From Myxococcales bacterium (GTDB lineage Bacteria > Myxococcota_A > UBA9042 > JABWCM01 > BTVJ01): a stretch of 64,000 nt of DNA. Where the stretch lies: positions 32,001 to 96,000 of the forward strand of contig BTVJ01000007.1 in assembly GCA_045863395.1 (NCBI GenBank), given 5' to 3'. Positions within the stretch are counted from its first letter, which is position 1, and each line of letters opens with the position of its first letter. Below are positions 22,558 to 32,501 of this stretch, piece by piece. A program made the position numbers and the translations under genes. The notes under the pieces were generated by a model. That model made no database searches. It saw only the letters and a program-made list of their open reading frames with translations, and was not told the DNA's origin.

Positions 22558-23268
22558 CTACTTCGCCTTCATGCGCTCGGGGCCGACCCACTCATCCCAG
22601 CTCGAGTCGTAGTTGTCATAGTGGATCTTGTACTTGCCATCCTTCGCCTCGAGGATGGAGGCCGGGAACCAGGAGCCCTTCCACTCCACCTGGAGCGCGT
22701 CGCCGACACTCCAGGAGCCAGCGGGGGCTGCCGGTGCCGCGGCGGCGCCGCCTGAGGACTTCGCGCCGATGCGGTCGCCGCACACGGGGCTCAGGGCCCT
22801 GCCTTGCTCCTTGAGGCAGGCGCGGATGCGGCCGCCGCCCGGCGCGGTGCCCTTGCAGAACTTCTGGATGTCGCCGGCGCACGGGCCGGTCGTGATCATG
22901 CGCTTCTCGAGGTCCTCGTCGATCACAGACTTGCAGGCGTCGGACAGGGCGTAGTGCTTCTTCTCGAGGCAGGTGAGGATGCGGCCCTTGCCCGACTCGA
23001 CGCCGGTGCAGTGCTTGGCCACGTCACCGTCGCAGGCCGCGGCCCACGCCGAGTGGCGGGCGGCCTTGTCGCCGCGGAGCTTGCGGCAGCCGTCGGACAG
23101 CTTGTCCACGTTCTTGTCGAGGCAGGCCTTCACGCGGCCGCCGCCGGCCTTCACGCCCTTGCAGAACTTCGCGATGTCGTTGGCGCACGGGCTCGCTGCG
23201 CTGGCCGTGGTCGCGGCGCCAAGGACAACGCTGAGCGCCAGGGCGGCCATGAGGATCATGCGGTTCAT
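22558..23268 (-). CDS. Secreted protein with three Cys-rich repeats and a C-terminal Agenet/Tudor-like domain
   Basis: Signal peptide [24 protein letters not shown]; 3x CxxDIxKFCxGxxxGxGRIxxCL; C-terminal [41 protein letters not shown]. Confidence 0.8.
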   Translation of the reverse strand: MNRMILMAALALSVVLGAATTASAASPCANDIAKFCKGVKAGGGRVKACLDKNVDKLSDGCRKLRGDKAARHSAWAAACDGDVAKHCTGVESGKGRILTCLEKKHYALSDACKSVIDEDLEKRMITTGPCAGDIQKFCKGTAPGGGRIRACLKEQGRALSPVCGDRIGAKSSGGAAAAPAAPAGSWSVGDALQVEWKGSWFPASILEAKDGKYKIHYDNYDSSWDEWVGPERMKAK

Positions 23269-23417
23269 CGTCACTCCTGTGTGCCCGGACGTCCGGGGCT
23301 GCTGGTTCAAGAGACGGCGCGAGAGTAGCCCGAGCGGCCCGGATTGAAAAGCCCTCGCCGGTTGCCCGTCGGGGGGATCTGTGGCAAGGATCACGGCGTC
23401 AGGAGTTGGAGGGTCAC

Positions 23418-24281
23418 ATGGAGCGGCGGATCTCGGCGATCTCGGGGAACTCTCAGCGGTTGGACGGCGGCGCCATGTTCGGCAACGCGCCGCGCGCGCT
23501 GTGGCAGCGCTGGATCGAGCCGGATGAGCGGCACCGCATCCCGCTGGCGTGTCGCGCCATGCTGGTGGAGGAGCCTGGGCGGCGCGTGCTCCTGGAGACG
23601 GGCATCGGCGCATTCTTCGCGCCCGACCTGCGCGACCGCTACGGGGTGCTCGAGGAGCGCCACGTGCTGCTCGACTCGCTCGCGGCGCTCGGGCTGTCCC
23701 ACGAGGACATCGACGTGGTGGTGCTCTCCCACCTGCACTTCGACCACGCGGGGGGGTGTCTGGCGCCGTGGGAGCAGGGCGCTCCGGCGCGCCTCTTGTT
23801 CCCCAACGCGACGTTCCTGGTCTCCGCGGTCCACTGGGAGCGGGCCCTGGCCCCCCATGCTCGGGACCGTGCCTCGTTCGTGCCCGAGCTCAACGCGCTC
23901 CTGCTCGCGTCCGGGCGCCTGGTGCTGGAGCGGAGCGAGCGGAGCGCGGTGCTGGGCGAGGGGTGGCGCTTTCACGCCAGCGACGGGCACACCCCGGGGC
24001 TGATGCTGACCGAGGTGGAGCTCCCCGGGGGGCCCGTGCTCTTCGCGGCGGATCTGATCCCCGGGACCGCCTGGGTGCACACCCCAATCACGATGGGCTA
24101 CGACCGCTTCCCCGAGCGCCTCATCGACGAGAAGCAGGCCCTGCTGGCTGACCTGGTCGCTCGCGGCGGGCGCCTCTTCTATACGCATGATCCTGCGGTC
24201 GCCCTCTCTGGGGTGGCGAGGGACGAGCGCGGGCGGTTCTCCGCGACGGACCTGGTCGCGGCGCCGGTTCGTGTCCACTGA
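23418..24281 (+). CDS. MBL-fold metallo-hydrolase
   Basis: [41 protein letters not shown]. Confidence 0.9.
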   Translation: MERRISAISGNSQRLDGGAMFGNAPRALWQRWIEPDERHRIPLACRAMLVEEPGRRVLLETGIGAFFAPDLRDRYGVLEERHVLLDSLAALGLSHEDIDVVVLSHLHFDHAGGCLAPWEQGAPARLLFPNATFLVSAVHWERALAPHARDRASFVPELNALLLASGRLVLERSERSAVLGEGWRFHASDGHTPGLMLTEVELPGGPVLFAADLIPGTAWVHTPITMGYDRFPERLIDEKQALLADLVARGGRLFYTHDPAVALSGVARDERGRFSATDLVAAPVRVH

Positions 24282-27049
24282 TGGAGCCCCGCATGATCCG
24301 ACCGGCTGTGGCCCTGCTGCTCTTCGCCCTGACTCCTGCCCTGGCCGCCGACGGCACCGACGCCGCCCGGATGGCGGCCCGGCGCCAGCAGATGCTCTCG
24401 GACCTGGCGGCGCTGCGCTTCGAGCGCCTGGGGGACCCGGTGCTTCGCTGGGACCACGTGCCTCCGGTGGAGGCTCCCCGGGAGCAACCCCACGAGCTGC
24501 TCGTCGTCCTCGTGGAGTTCGCGGACGTCCGGTTCGACCGGTTTGCCGGCGAGGCAGATCAGGGGGCGCGGCTGGCGACGTTCTACCAGGAGCTGCTCTT
24601 CGATCCCGACTACAAGCGTCCGGGATCCCTCAGCCACTACTATCTGAACCAGAGCCTCGGGCGGTACCACCTGCAGGGCAAGGTGCTGCCGCCCGTTCGG
24701 CTGTCGAAGGGCCGCGCCGCCTACGGGGCGCCACTGAAGCCGGAGGGAGGCACCTGGCGCAACGACACGGACTCCGAGGGCATGGTGGAGGAGGCGCTGA
24801 TCACCATGGCCGCCGCCCACGCGGGGGAGGACTGGGGGCCCTTCGACCGCTGGGATCCGAACGACTACGACGGGGACGGGGTGCTCGCCGAGCGGGACGG
24901 GTACCTGGACCACTTCGTGCTGGTGTTCGCGGGGGGCGGGCAGTCCTCGTGCCAGCGGCTCTTCAAGCTCGACGACGTGTTCGCGCCGGATGCTGCCGCG
25001 GGGGTCGCCGAGACGCTTCCGGCCGAGGCGCGTGCGTGCGCCGAGCGCATGTGGCCCCACAGGTTCATGGTCCAGCGGCGCACGGGGGAGGGGCCCGTCG
25101 TCGAGGGGCGCAGGAACGCGCGCGGCGGCGTTCCGCTCGGAGGGGGGCTCTGGGCCCGCGACTACAACATGCAGAGCGAGTACACGGACGAGTCCACGTT
25201 CATCCACGAGTTCGGGCACTCCATCGGGCTGCCGGACATCTACGCGAGGACCAGCCAGAACTCCACCGGGGCCTGGGAGGTGATGTCGGGGACGGCGAGC
25301 CCCCTGCCGCAGAGCCTGAGCGCGTGGTCGCGCATGATGCTGGGGTGGCTGCGCCCCGCGGTCGTCACGCCGCCCGAGATGGGCGGGAAGGGCGTGCAGT
25401 CGGCATACCTCGGGGTGCTGGACGACCCGCCCGGGGGGGAGGCGGCGCGGGCGGTGATGGTGGTGCTGCCGCCCAAGACCGTCCACGTCGATCTCGGCGG
25501 GCTGCCTGCGTCCGGCGGGTCGCGCGCGCTCTACAGCGGGCAGGGAAACGAGCTGGACCGGGCCATGGAGCTGCGCCTCGACCTGCGCGGTGCCGGGGCG
25601 CCCGTGGCGCTGGACTTCGACGCCTGGTGGGACATCGAGGGTGGGTGGGACTTCGCCTACGTGGAGAGCAGCGTCGATGGGGGGCGCTCGTGGAAGCGGC
25701 ACGTGACGGAGGACCGGCGGCTGATGCCGGCGAAGCACGGGCACGACGGGGCGGGGTCCCTGCCCGGGTTCACGGGGCTGTCCGGTGACATGGACGGCGA
25801 CGGCAAGAACGAGCGGCAGAAGGGCTGCGACCCCAAGAAGGCCGTGGCGCACGGCGAGGACGCCGCGGGGCAGGGGAAGGACCCGTGCGCCGAGCCGAGC
25901 TGGGTGAAAGCGCGAGTGCTGCTCACGGAGCTGGCGGGCCACGAGGCGCGGGTGCGGCTGCGCTACTTCACGGACATGGCCGCCGTGCAGCGCGGCATCA
26001 TGGTGGACAACCTGCGGGTGACGGCCGGGGAGGGGAAGGCGGCGAAGACCGTGCTCACGGAGGACCTCGAGGGGGAGGCGCTCGGCATACGGCCCGGGCC
26101 GTTCTCGCTGAGCGCCGGGCGGCACACGCTGCTCGTGCCCCACTACTACGTGCTGGAGCTGCGCGACCCCTACGCGCCGGTGCCCGAAGGGGAGCACCGC
26201 TACGACGCAGCGCTGGCGGAGCCCAACTTCGCGTTCTTCGCCGAGCCGGGGGGCGCGGTGAAGGCGCTCAGCGTGCGGTCGCGGCCCGGGGTCCTCGCCT
26301 GGTACTACGACGGGGAGCTGGCGTGGAGCGAGAACGACCCGGCGACGGCGGGGCAGGGCCGGGGCTTCCTGCTGGCGGTGGATGGGTGGCCCGAGGAGGT
26401 GGCGGTGCCTGGGTGGGATCGTTGGCTGACTGGGACCATGGGGCGCTTCGACACCGGCTACGACGTCTCGGAGGCGGCGGCGCAGGAGGCGCTGAAGGCG
26501 GCGTACCTGCGTACCCAGTGCTTCGTGCGGAGCGCCGCGTACCGGCCACGGGATCTCGGGGACCTTGTGACCGGCGCGTGCGCCGGGGAGCGGGGCGAGG
26601 TGGAGGCGCTGGTCGCGCCGACCGGCAAGCCCTTCCTCTACAGCTACGAGGCCATGAACCAGCTCCTCCCCGGGCCGGAGCGGGAGAAGTACGAGCGCGC
26701 GTCCGAGCTGCTCGACTACCGGGTGCGGGCCGGGGCCGTGACGTGGCGCATGCGCGACGTGAGCCTCCGCTTCGCCCACGCCACGGACGCGCCGTTCTCG
26801 CTCCTGCCCTTCGAGGACCACGTGCGGATCTACGGCGTCGAGGGCGGGCGCCTCGTGGAGCTCGAGCGCCGCGCGGCGCCTGCGGTGTCTCGCTTCGAGA
26901 ACGCGCCGGCGAGCCGGTGGAAGAACCCCAAGCTGTTCTTCGGCGGCGTGGCCGTCCCTCCCGTGCCGCTCGCCTTCGAGCTGACCGAGCCTGCGCCGGG
27001 CGCCCCGGAGGGGGCGCGGGTCAAGGTGTACGTGGACTGGAACCCATAG
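24281..27049 (+). CDS. Secreted M6-family (immune inhibitor A-like) metallopeptidase
   Basis: Signal peptide; LVVLVEFAD, DYDGDG, HEFGHSIGLPDIY zinc motif, WEVMSG, DIEGGWDFAYVE, RLRYFTD. Confidence 0.88.
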   Translation: MEPRMIRPAVALLLFALTPALAADGTDAARMAARRQQMLSDLAALRFERLGDPVLRWDHVPPVEAPREQPHELLVVLVEFADVRFDRFAGEADQGARLATFYQELLFDPDYKRPGSLSHYYLNQSLGRYHLQGKVLPPVRLSKGRAAYGAPLKPEGGTWRNDTDSEGMVEEALITMAAAHAGEDWGPFDRWDPNDYDGDGVLAERDGYLDHFVLVFAGGGQSSCQRLFKLDDVFAPDAAAGVAETLPAEARACAERMWPHRFMVQRRTGEGPVVEGRRNARGGVPLGGGLWARDYNMQSEYTDESTFIHEFGHSIGLPDIYARTSQNSTGAWEVMSGTASPLPQSLSAWSRMMLGWLRPAVVTPPEMGGKGVQSAYLGVLDDPPGGEAARAVMVVLPPKTVHVDLGGLPASGGSRALYSGQGNELDRAMELRLDLRGAGAPVALDFDAWWDIEGGWDFAYVESSVDGGRSWKRHVTEDRRLMPAKHGHDGAGSLPGFTGLSGDMDGDGKNERQKGCDPKKAVAHGEDAAGQGKDPCAEPSWVKARVLLTELAGHEARVRLRYFTDMAAVQRGIMVDNLRVTAGEGKAAKTVLTEDLEGEALGIRPGPFSLSAGRHTLLVPHYYVLELRDPYAPVPEGEHRYDAALAEPNFAFFAEPGGAVKALSVRSRPGVLAWYYDGELAWSENDPATAGQGRGFLLAVDGWPEEVAVPGWDRWLTGTMGRFDTGYDVSEAAAQEALKAAYLRTQCFVRSAAYRPRDLGDLVTGACAGERGEVEALVAPTGKPFLYSYEAMNQLLPGPEREKYERASELLDYRVRAGAVTWRMRDVSLRFAHATDAPFSLLPFEDHVRIYGVEGGRLVELERRAAPAVSRFENAPASRWKNPKLFFGGVAVPPVPLAFELTEPAPGAPEGARVKVYVDWNP

Positions 27050-27216
27050 GGCCGGTGCAGCCACGATGCCCCTGCTGCGCGCATGCCCCCGCGCTCGCGA
27101 CGGGGCCCCGAGGCTGTGTCCTCCGGCCGGCGTGGAACCGGACCGCGCAAGTCCGTAAACTTGCGAGGGTCCGTGCGTGGGGCCATACTCGGCGCCGCCC
27201 GGACCCGGAGGAGTCG

Positions 27217-27903
27217 ATGTCCCGTTCGCTGGAGCCGCAGGTGTTCGAGGGGGTGCCGGTCTTTCCCCTGCCAGAGTACGTGCTGTTCCCCCACACCCTG
27301 ATCCCCTTTCACATCTTCGAGCCACGCTACCGGCAGCTCGTGTCGGACGTGCTGGCCGGGCAGCGGCTCATCGTGGTGGCGGGGCTGCAAGCCGGCTGGG
27401 AGTCGGACTACTTCGCCTTGCCCCCGGTGCATGCGGTCGCCGGCCTGGGCAAGGTCGTCAACGAGGAGCGCCTCGAGGACGGGCGCTTCAACATCTTCGT
27501 GCACTGCCTCCACCGGGTCCGCATCCTGGAGACGACGCAGATGTCACCGTACCGGATCGCACGGGTGGAGGAGATCCCCGACTTTGCCGCCGGGTATGAC
27601 GCGGCGCTCCTCACGGAGGCGGTGGGTCGGTTGCGCGCCTGCGTGCTCGGGTTGGCTGGGAGCCTCCCCGAGGAGGCCCCCTCCTTGGGGAAGGTGCTGA
27701 CCTCCACGGACGACGCCGCCGTTCTCACGAATCGCCTCGCCGCCCTGATGGTGACGGACGCCGGGGCGCGCCAGGCCCTGCTCGAGGAGCGCTGCCCGCT
27801 CAAGCGCGCCGAGCGCCTCACGGCGCTCATCGCCGAGCGCATGTTCGAGGGCGTAGGGCAGGCTCCCGACGACGCGGACCCCGGTCAGGGATGGATGAAC
27901 TGA
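27217..27903 (+). CDS. LON peptidase substrate-binding (LON_N) domain protein
   Basis: VPVFPLPEYVLFPHTLIPFHIFEPRYRQLV, LEDGRFNI, RQALLE; GGAGGAG RBS. Confidence 0.88.
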   Translation: MSRSLEPQVFEGVPVFPLPEYVLFPHTLIPFHIFEPRYRQLVSDVLAGQRLIVVAGLQAGWESDYFALPPVHAVAGLGKVVNEERLEDGRFNIFVHCLHRVRILETTQMSPYRIARVEEIPDFAAGYDAALLTEAVGRLRACVLGLAGSLPEEAPSLGKVLTSTDDAAVLTNRLAALMVTDAGARQALLEERCPLKRAERLTALIAERMFEGVGQAPDDADPGQGWMN

Positions 27904-28886
27904 CCGGGCCCGGTGGGGGCCCCCTGCTCGACGTGCGCGGGCTCACCACACTGCTGCATCTCCCCGGTGGCTCCCCCGCGGTGGTCGACGCCATCGACCT
28001 GCGGGTGGAGCGCGGCGAGACCCTGTGCCTCGTCGGAGAGAGCGGCTGCGGCAAGAGCATGGCGGCCCTGTCCATTCTGAGGCTCGTGCCTGACCCGCCC
28101 GCGGAGATCGCGGCAGGGCGCGTGCTCTTCGACGGGCGCGACCTTCTCGCGCTGTCTCCCCGTGAGCTGCGGGCCGTCCGGGGGCGACGCGTCGCCATGG
28201 TGTTCCAGGAGCCTTCCGCCGCGCTGAACCCCGTCCACACCGTCGGCGCCCAGGTGGGGGAGGTGCTGCGTGTCCACCTGGGGTGGTCGCGGGCGAGGGT
28301 GCAGGGCGAGGTCGTGGAGCTGCTGCGGAGGGTGGGTATCCCGGACCCGGAGCAGCGCATGCGCGCGTGGCCGCACCAGCTCTCGGGGGGCATGAAGCAG
28401 CGCGTGGTCATCGCCATGGCCATGGCCTGCGGGCCAGACCTGCTGATCGCCGACGAGCCGACCACCGCGCTCGATGTGACCGTGCAGGCGCAGGTCCTGC
28501 GCCTCATGAAGCGCCTCCAGCAGGAGAGCGGCATGGGGCTCTTGCTGATCACCCACGACTTCGGTCTCGTGGCGGAGGTGGCCGACCGGGTGGCGGTGAT
28601 GTACGCGGGGCGCATCGTCGAGGCCGGGCCGGTGGCGGACCTGTTCCGTACGCCCCGGCACCCGTACACGCGCCTCCTCATGGCGTCGAGGCCGGCGGCG
28701 GCCCCGCCCGGGGAGCGCCGGCTGCCGTCCATCCCTGGTGCGGTGCCGCCCTTGCTTGGTCGGGCGACGGGGTGTGCCTTCGCTCCCCGGTGTCCTCGGG
28801 CCTCGGGGCAGTGTGCGGCGGCGCCGGCGTTGGTCGGCGTCGGGCACGCCGTCGCCTGTCACCACCCGGAGGGGGCCCATGGCTGA
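27891..28886 (+). CDS. Oligopeptide/dipeptide ABC transporter ATPase (OppD/DppD-like)
   Basis: GESGCGKS, LSGGMKQR, LIADEPTTALD, HPYT, GCAFAPRC. Confidence 0.92.
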   Translation: MDELTGPGGGPLLDVRGLTTLLHLPGGSPAVVDAIDLRVERGETLCLVGESGCGKSMAALSILRLVPDPPAEIAAGRVLFDGRDLLALSPRELRAVRGRRVAMVFQEPSAALNPVHTVGAQVGEVLRVHLGWSRARVQGEVVELLRRVGIPDPEQRMRAWPHQLSGGMKQRVVIAMAMACGPDLLIADEPTTALDVTVQAQVLRLMKRLQQESGMGLLLITHDFGLVAEVADRVAVMYAGRIVEAGPVADLFRTPRHPYTRLLMASRPAAAPPGERRLPSIPGAVPPLLGRATGCAFAPRCPRASGQCAAAPALVGVGHAVACHHPEGAHG

Positions 28887-29841
28887 GCTGGCAGTCGCGC
28901 GCGGGCTGACGCGGCACTATGCGGTGGGCTCCGGGCTCGTGCGGGGCCGCGGCGTCGTGCGCGCGCTCGAGGACGTGAGCTTCGAGGTGCGCGAGGGCGA
29001 GATCCTGGGCGTGGTGGGGGAGAGCGGCTGCGGGAAGTCCACGCTGGGGCGCTGTCTGCTGCGGCTGGAGGTCCCGACGGCGGGGGCGGTGAGTGTTGCG
29101 GGCATGGACCTGGCGGCGCTGCGTGGGCGCCGGGAGGTGCTGGCGCTCCGCCGCGCGGCCCAGATGATCTTCCAGGACCCGTACGGCAGCTTGAACCCAC
29201 GCCTTCGAGTGGGCTCCATCGTCGGCGAGGGGCTGGCCATCCACGGGATAGGAGGGCGGTCGGAGCGGCCGGAGCGGGTTGGGGCCCTGCTCCGCCAGGT
29301 GGGTCTCGCACCGGATGATGCCCGCAAGTTCCCGCACGAGCTGTCCGGCGGGCAGCGGCAGCGGGTGGCCATCGCGCGGGCGCTCTCGGTGGGGCCGCGC
29401 TTCGTGGTGGCGGACGAGCCCGTCAGCGCCCTCGACCCGAGCGTCCAGGCCCAGGTGGTCAACCTGCTCCTGGACCTTCAGGAGCAGCACGGGCTCACCT
29501 ACCTGCTCGTGTCCCACGACCTTGGGCTCGTGGGTCGTATCGCCGACCGGGTGCTGGTGCTTTACTTGGGGCGCATCGTGGAGCAGGGCGTCGCTGCCGA
29601 GGTGCTGGCTGCGCCGCTTCATCCTTATGCTCGCGCCCTGGTGGATGCGGCGCCGGTGGGGGATCCTGCGCTGCGCCGGGCGCGGGTGGTGGTGGAGGGG
29701 GAGCCGCCGAGCCCGCTGGATCCGCCCCCGGGGTGCGCCTACCACCCCAGGTGCCCCCTGGTGATCGGGCGATGCCGGGAGGAGCGCCCCCCGCTGCGTG
29801 GGACGGACCGGCAGGTGGCGTGCTGGGTGACCGGTGGGTAG
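28879..29841 (+). CDS. Oligopeptide/dipeptide ABC transporter ATPase (OppF/DppF-like)
   Basis: GESGCGKSTLGR, IFQDPYGSLNPR, LSGGQRQR, ADEPVSALD, PPPGCAYHPRCP. Confidence 0.92.
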   Translation: MAELAVARGLTRHYAVGSGLVRGRGVVRALEDVSFEVREGEILGVVGESGCGKSTLGRCLLRLEVPTAGAVSVAGMDLAALRGRREVLALRRAAQMIFQDPYGSLNPRLRVGSIVGEGLAIHGIGGRSERPERVGALLRQVGLAPDDARKFPHELSGGQRQRVAIARALSVGPRFVVADEPVSALDPSVQAQVVNLLLDLQEQHGLTYLLVSHDLGLVGRIADRVLVLYLGRIVEQGVAAEVLAAPLHPYARALVDAAPVGDPALRRARVVVEGEPPSPLDPPPGCAYHPRCPLVIGRCREERPPLRGTDRQVACWVTGG

Positions 29842-31156
29842 GGGGCCGTGGGGCTTCCACGGAGGGGCCGCCGCGCTTGCCGCGCTGTGGGTGGTGGTGC
29901 TGCTCCCGGCCCTGCGGCTGATGCCCGGAGACGAGGGGGTCTACGTCTACGACGCTCGCAGGGTGCTGGAGGGTGCCCTCCCCTACCGCGACTTCTTCTT
30001 CGCCCACCCCCCACTGCGCCTGCTCCTCGGGGCCCTGGGGTGGGTGGGCGGCGCCACCGGGGCCAAGGCGTGGGCGGCCATCGGGACGGTGGCTGCCGCG
30101 TGGATGGCCGGTGCCGTGGTGCGGCGCGAGGCGGGGAAGGGGTGGGGGCTGCTGACGGTGGGGCTGGTCCTCGGGTCCATGCTGTCGCTGCGCACGGGAA
30201 CGCAGCTCCTCGGGTCCAACCTCGCCATGGCCTTCGTGGCGGGCTCCATGCTTGCGGCCGCGCGGGGGCGATGTGGGCTCGCAGGGGTGGTGCTGGGCCT
30301 CGGTGCGCTCCAGGCGCTGTACGTGTTGCTGGCGCTGCCGGGGCTGGCGCTGTGGTCTTGGGAGCGGAGGGGACGGTTCCTTGCGGGGCTCGCGGCGGGT
30401 CTCGTGCCCTTGGGGGGGTGCGCGGTGCTGTTCGGGGGACCCTTCGTGGAGCAGGTGCTCCTCTACCACCTGCGCAAGGTGGGGGCGACCGGGCTCGCGA
30501 GCGAGGGGGAGCCGCTGCTGGCGTTCGCGGTGGGGGACGTGGGGCTCCTCGCGTTTGGGCTTGCGGGGCTGAGCGCGGCGGGTGCGGGGCGCCTGGCCGC
30601 GGCGACGGGCTTCGTCGCGGCGGCCGTGGTCACGGCCTACCGCAGCCCCGAGGTCTACTACTTCGCGCCGGCGCTGCCGCCGTTGGCGGTGGCCTCCGCG
30701 CTGGGTCTCCGTCACCTCGCGGGACGCCTTCCGCCCCTGGCGGGGCGGGCAGTGGTCGTGGGTGCGGTGGCGCTGACCTACGTGCCTCATGCTCTGCACG
30801 TGCCGGAGCTCCGCGCGGAGCTGCGCGTCATGCGCGCAGATCTTGATCGCGTGATCGGCGCGGCCACAGGAGGCGTGGTGTGGGGCGACATGTTCATCGC
30901 TCCGTGGCTCGCGGCGGAGACGGGGCGGCGTGTGGCAGCGGACGAGGTGGACACCTCGGTCAAGCGCCTGCTCACGGGTATGGCAGAGCCCGGCGAGCTG
31001 GCAGAGCGCGCCCTCGCCGAGGCGGACGTGGTGGTCCTCGGTGCCAGCGGGCTGCTCGCCTTCCCCGAGGTCGCGGAGCAGCTCCGAGCGTGGCCTGCCC
31101 CGGCGCGCCTGGACCTGGCGGTGCTGCCGCCCCTGCTCGTGTGGCGCAGGAATTGA
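29834..31156 (+). CDS. Polytopic membrane protein, GT-C (ArnT/PMT-like) glycosyltransferase candidate
   Basis: DEGVY...GALPYRDFFFAHPPL motif after the first TM, followed by many TM segments. Confidence 0.65.
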   Translation: MGRGPWGFHGGAAALAALWVVVLLPALRLMPGDEGVYVYDARRVLEGALPYRDFFFAHPPLRLLLGALGWVGGATGAKAWAAIGTVAAAWMAGAVVRREAGKGWGLLTVGLVLGSMLSLRTGTQLLGSNLAMAFVAGSMLAAARGRCGLAGVVLGLGALQALYVLLALPGLALWSWERRGRFLAGLAAGLVPLGGCAVLFGGPFVEQVLLYHLRKVGATGLASEGEPLLAFAVGDVGLLAFGLAGLSAAGAGRLAAATGFVAAAVVTAYRSPEVYYFAPALPPLAVASALGLRHLAGRLPPLAGRAVVVGAVALTYVPHALHVPELRAELRVMRADLDRVIGAATGGVVWGDMFIAPWLAAETGRRVAADEVDTSVKRLLTGMAEPGELAERALAEADVVVLGASGLLAFPEVAEQLRAWPAPARLDLAVLPPLLVWRRN

Positions 31157-31157
31157 G

Positions 31158-31225
31158 GGGGTCAAGTATACTCACTTCTCATATCCTGGCGCGCCAAGAT
31201 ATGTGAAGTGAGTATACTTGACCCC
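31158..31225. repeat. 68-bp near-perfect palindromic element, copy 1
   Basis: GGGGTCAAGTATACTCACTTCTCATATCCTGGCG|CGCCAAGATATGTGAAGTGAGTATACTTGACCCC; 34-bp arms with 2 mismatches; AT-rich relative to flanks. Confidence 0.92.
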
Positions 31226-31243
31226 CCAATTGGGAGGCCGTAC

Positions 31244-32431
31244 TTGGCACGTTGCTTCGGATCTGCTCGGCTCGGCGGCCTCTTGCTGCGCAACCGGCTC
31301 ATCAAGGCGGCCACGTTCGAGGGGATGACTCCCGGTGGTGTCCCCTCCGAGGCGTTGCGCGACCTGCACGTGCGCCTTGCTCGCGGCGGGGTCGCCATGA
31401 CGACCCTTGCGTACTGTGCGGTGGAGCCCGACGGGCGCCTCCACGAGGATACCCTGCTGGTCTGCGACGAGGTGCTCCCCGCGCTGGTCGACCTCGTCGA
31501 TGCCGTGCACCGGGAGGGGGGCCTCGTGTCGGCGCAGATGGCGCACGGTGGGGGCTTCAGCAAGAACCGAGGGCTCCGAGGGAGGCGCCCCAAGGGCCCC
31601 AGCTTCGGGATCAACCGACTTGGGGCCGCCGTGGGGATGCCCTTCTGTGACGCAATGAGTGAGGCGGACCTTGAGGCGCTCGTGGGTGCCTACCGCGACG
31701 CGGCGCTGCTCCTCACGTCAGCCGGCGTGGACGCCTTGGAGATCCACATGGGGCATGGCTACGCCCTGTGTCAGTTCATCAGCCCGCGGACCAACCGGCG
31801 CACCGACCGCTTCGGTGGGAGCCTCCTCAACCGGATGCGGCTGCCGCTTCAGGTCCTTGACGCGGTGCGCGGGGTGGTGGGCGCCGACGTACCCGTCGTT
31901 GCAAAGTTGAGCGTCAACGAGCACATCCGGGGAGGGCTCGCCGCCGATGAGGGCGTCGAGGTGGCCCGCATGCTCGACCAGGCCGGCATCGACGGCGTGG
32001 TGACGAGCGGCGGCACCAGCTCCATGAGCCCCATGGACATGCTCCGGGGGGACAGCTTCCTGCCAGCGATGATCGCCGCCGAGCCCTCGTGGGCCCTGCG
32101 CACCGCAATGCGCCTCGCGGGTCCCTTCATGTTCCCGGAGCGCCCCTACGAGGAGCTCTACTTTCTCGACGACGCGCTGCGGGTGCGCGACGCCGTCGGG
32201 TGCGCGGTGATCTACGTGGGCGGCGCCAGCACGGCGGCGAGCCTGGAGCGGCTCATGGCGGAGGGCATGGACTTCGTGCAGCTCGGCCGGGCTCTGCTCG
32301 CCGACCCGGATCTTCCCCGTCGCGTCGCAGACCCCGCCTACGTCAGCCCATGCACACACTGCAACCGGTGCGTCGCCACCATCGAGCGAGGCGTCCACTG
32401 CACCGAGCGGCATCGATGGGAGGGCGCATGA
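31244..32431 (+). CDS. NADH:flavin oxidoreductase (Old Yellow Enzyme family)
   Basis: LRNRLIKAATFEG, QMAHGG, EIHMGHGY, SPRTNRRTDRFGGSLLNRMR, GRALLADPDL, CTHCNRC; TTG start 31244 with GGGAGG RBS preferred over the GTG inside the palindrome. Confidence 0.9.
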   Translation: MARCFGSARLGGLLLRNRLIKAATFEGMTPGGVPSEALRDLHVRLARGGVAMTTLAYCAVEPDGRLHEDTLLVCDEVLPALVDLVDAVHREGGLVSAQMAHGGGFSKNRGLRGRRPKGPSFGINRLGAAVGMPFCDAMSEADLEALVGAYRDAALLLTSAGVDALEIHMGHGYALCQFISPRTNRRTDRFGGSLLNRMRLPLQVLDAVRGVVGADVPVVAKLSVNEHIRGGLAADEGVEVARMLDQAGIDGVVTSGGTSSMSPMDMLRGDSFLPAMIAAEPSWALRTAMRLAGPFMFPERPYEELYFLDDALRVRDAVGCAVIYVGGASTAASLERLMAEGMDFVQLGRALLADPDLPRRVADPAYVSPCTHCNRCVATIERGVHCTERHRWEGA

Positions 32432-32501
32432 TCGACGACGTCTCGAGCCACGATTGCCGTCTGGGGGTCCGCGGCGGCGAGCGACCGCTCCGGGGGGCCT
32501 C

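Noticed and set aside
31162..31243. Starts/ORFs at 31208 and 39643 and short ORFs reading through the palindromes
   Set aside because: They begin inside the palindromic element; downstream starts (31244, 39682) have proper RBSs.
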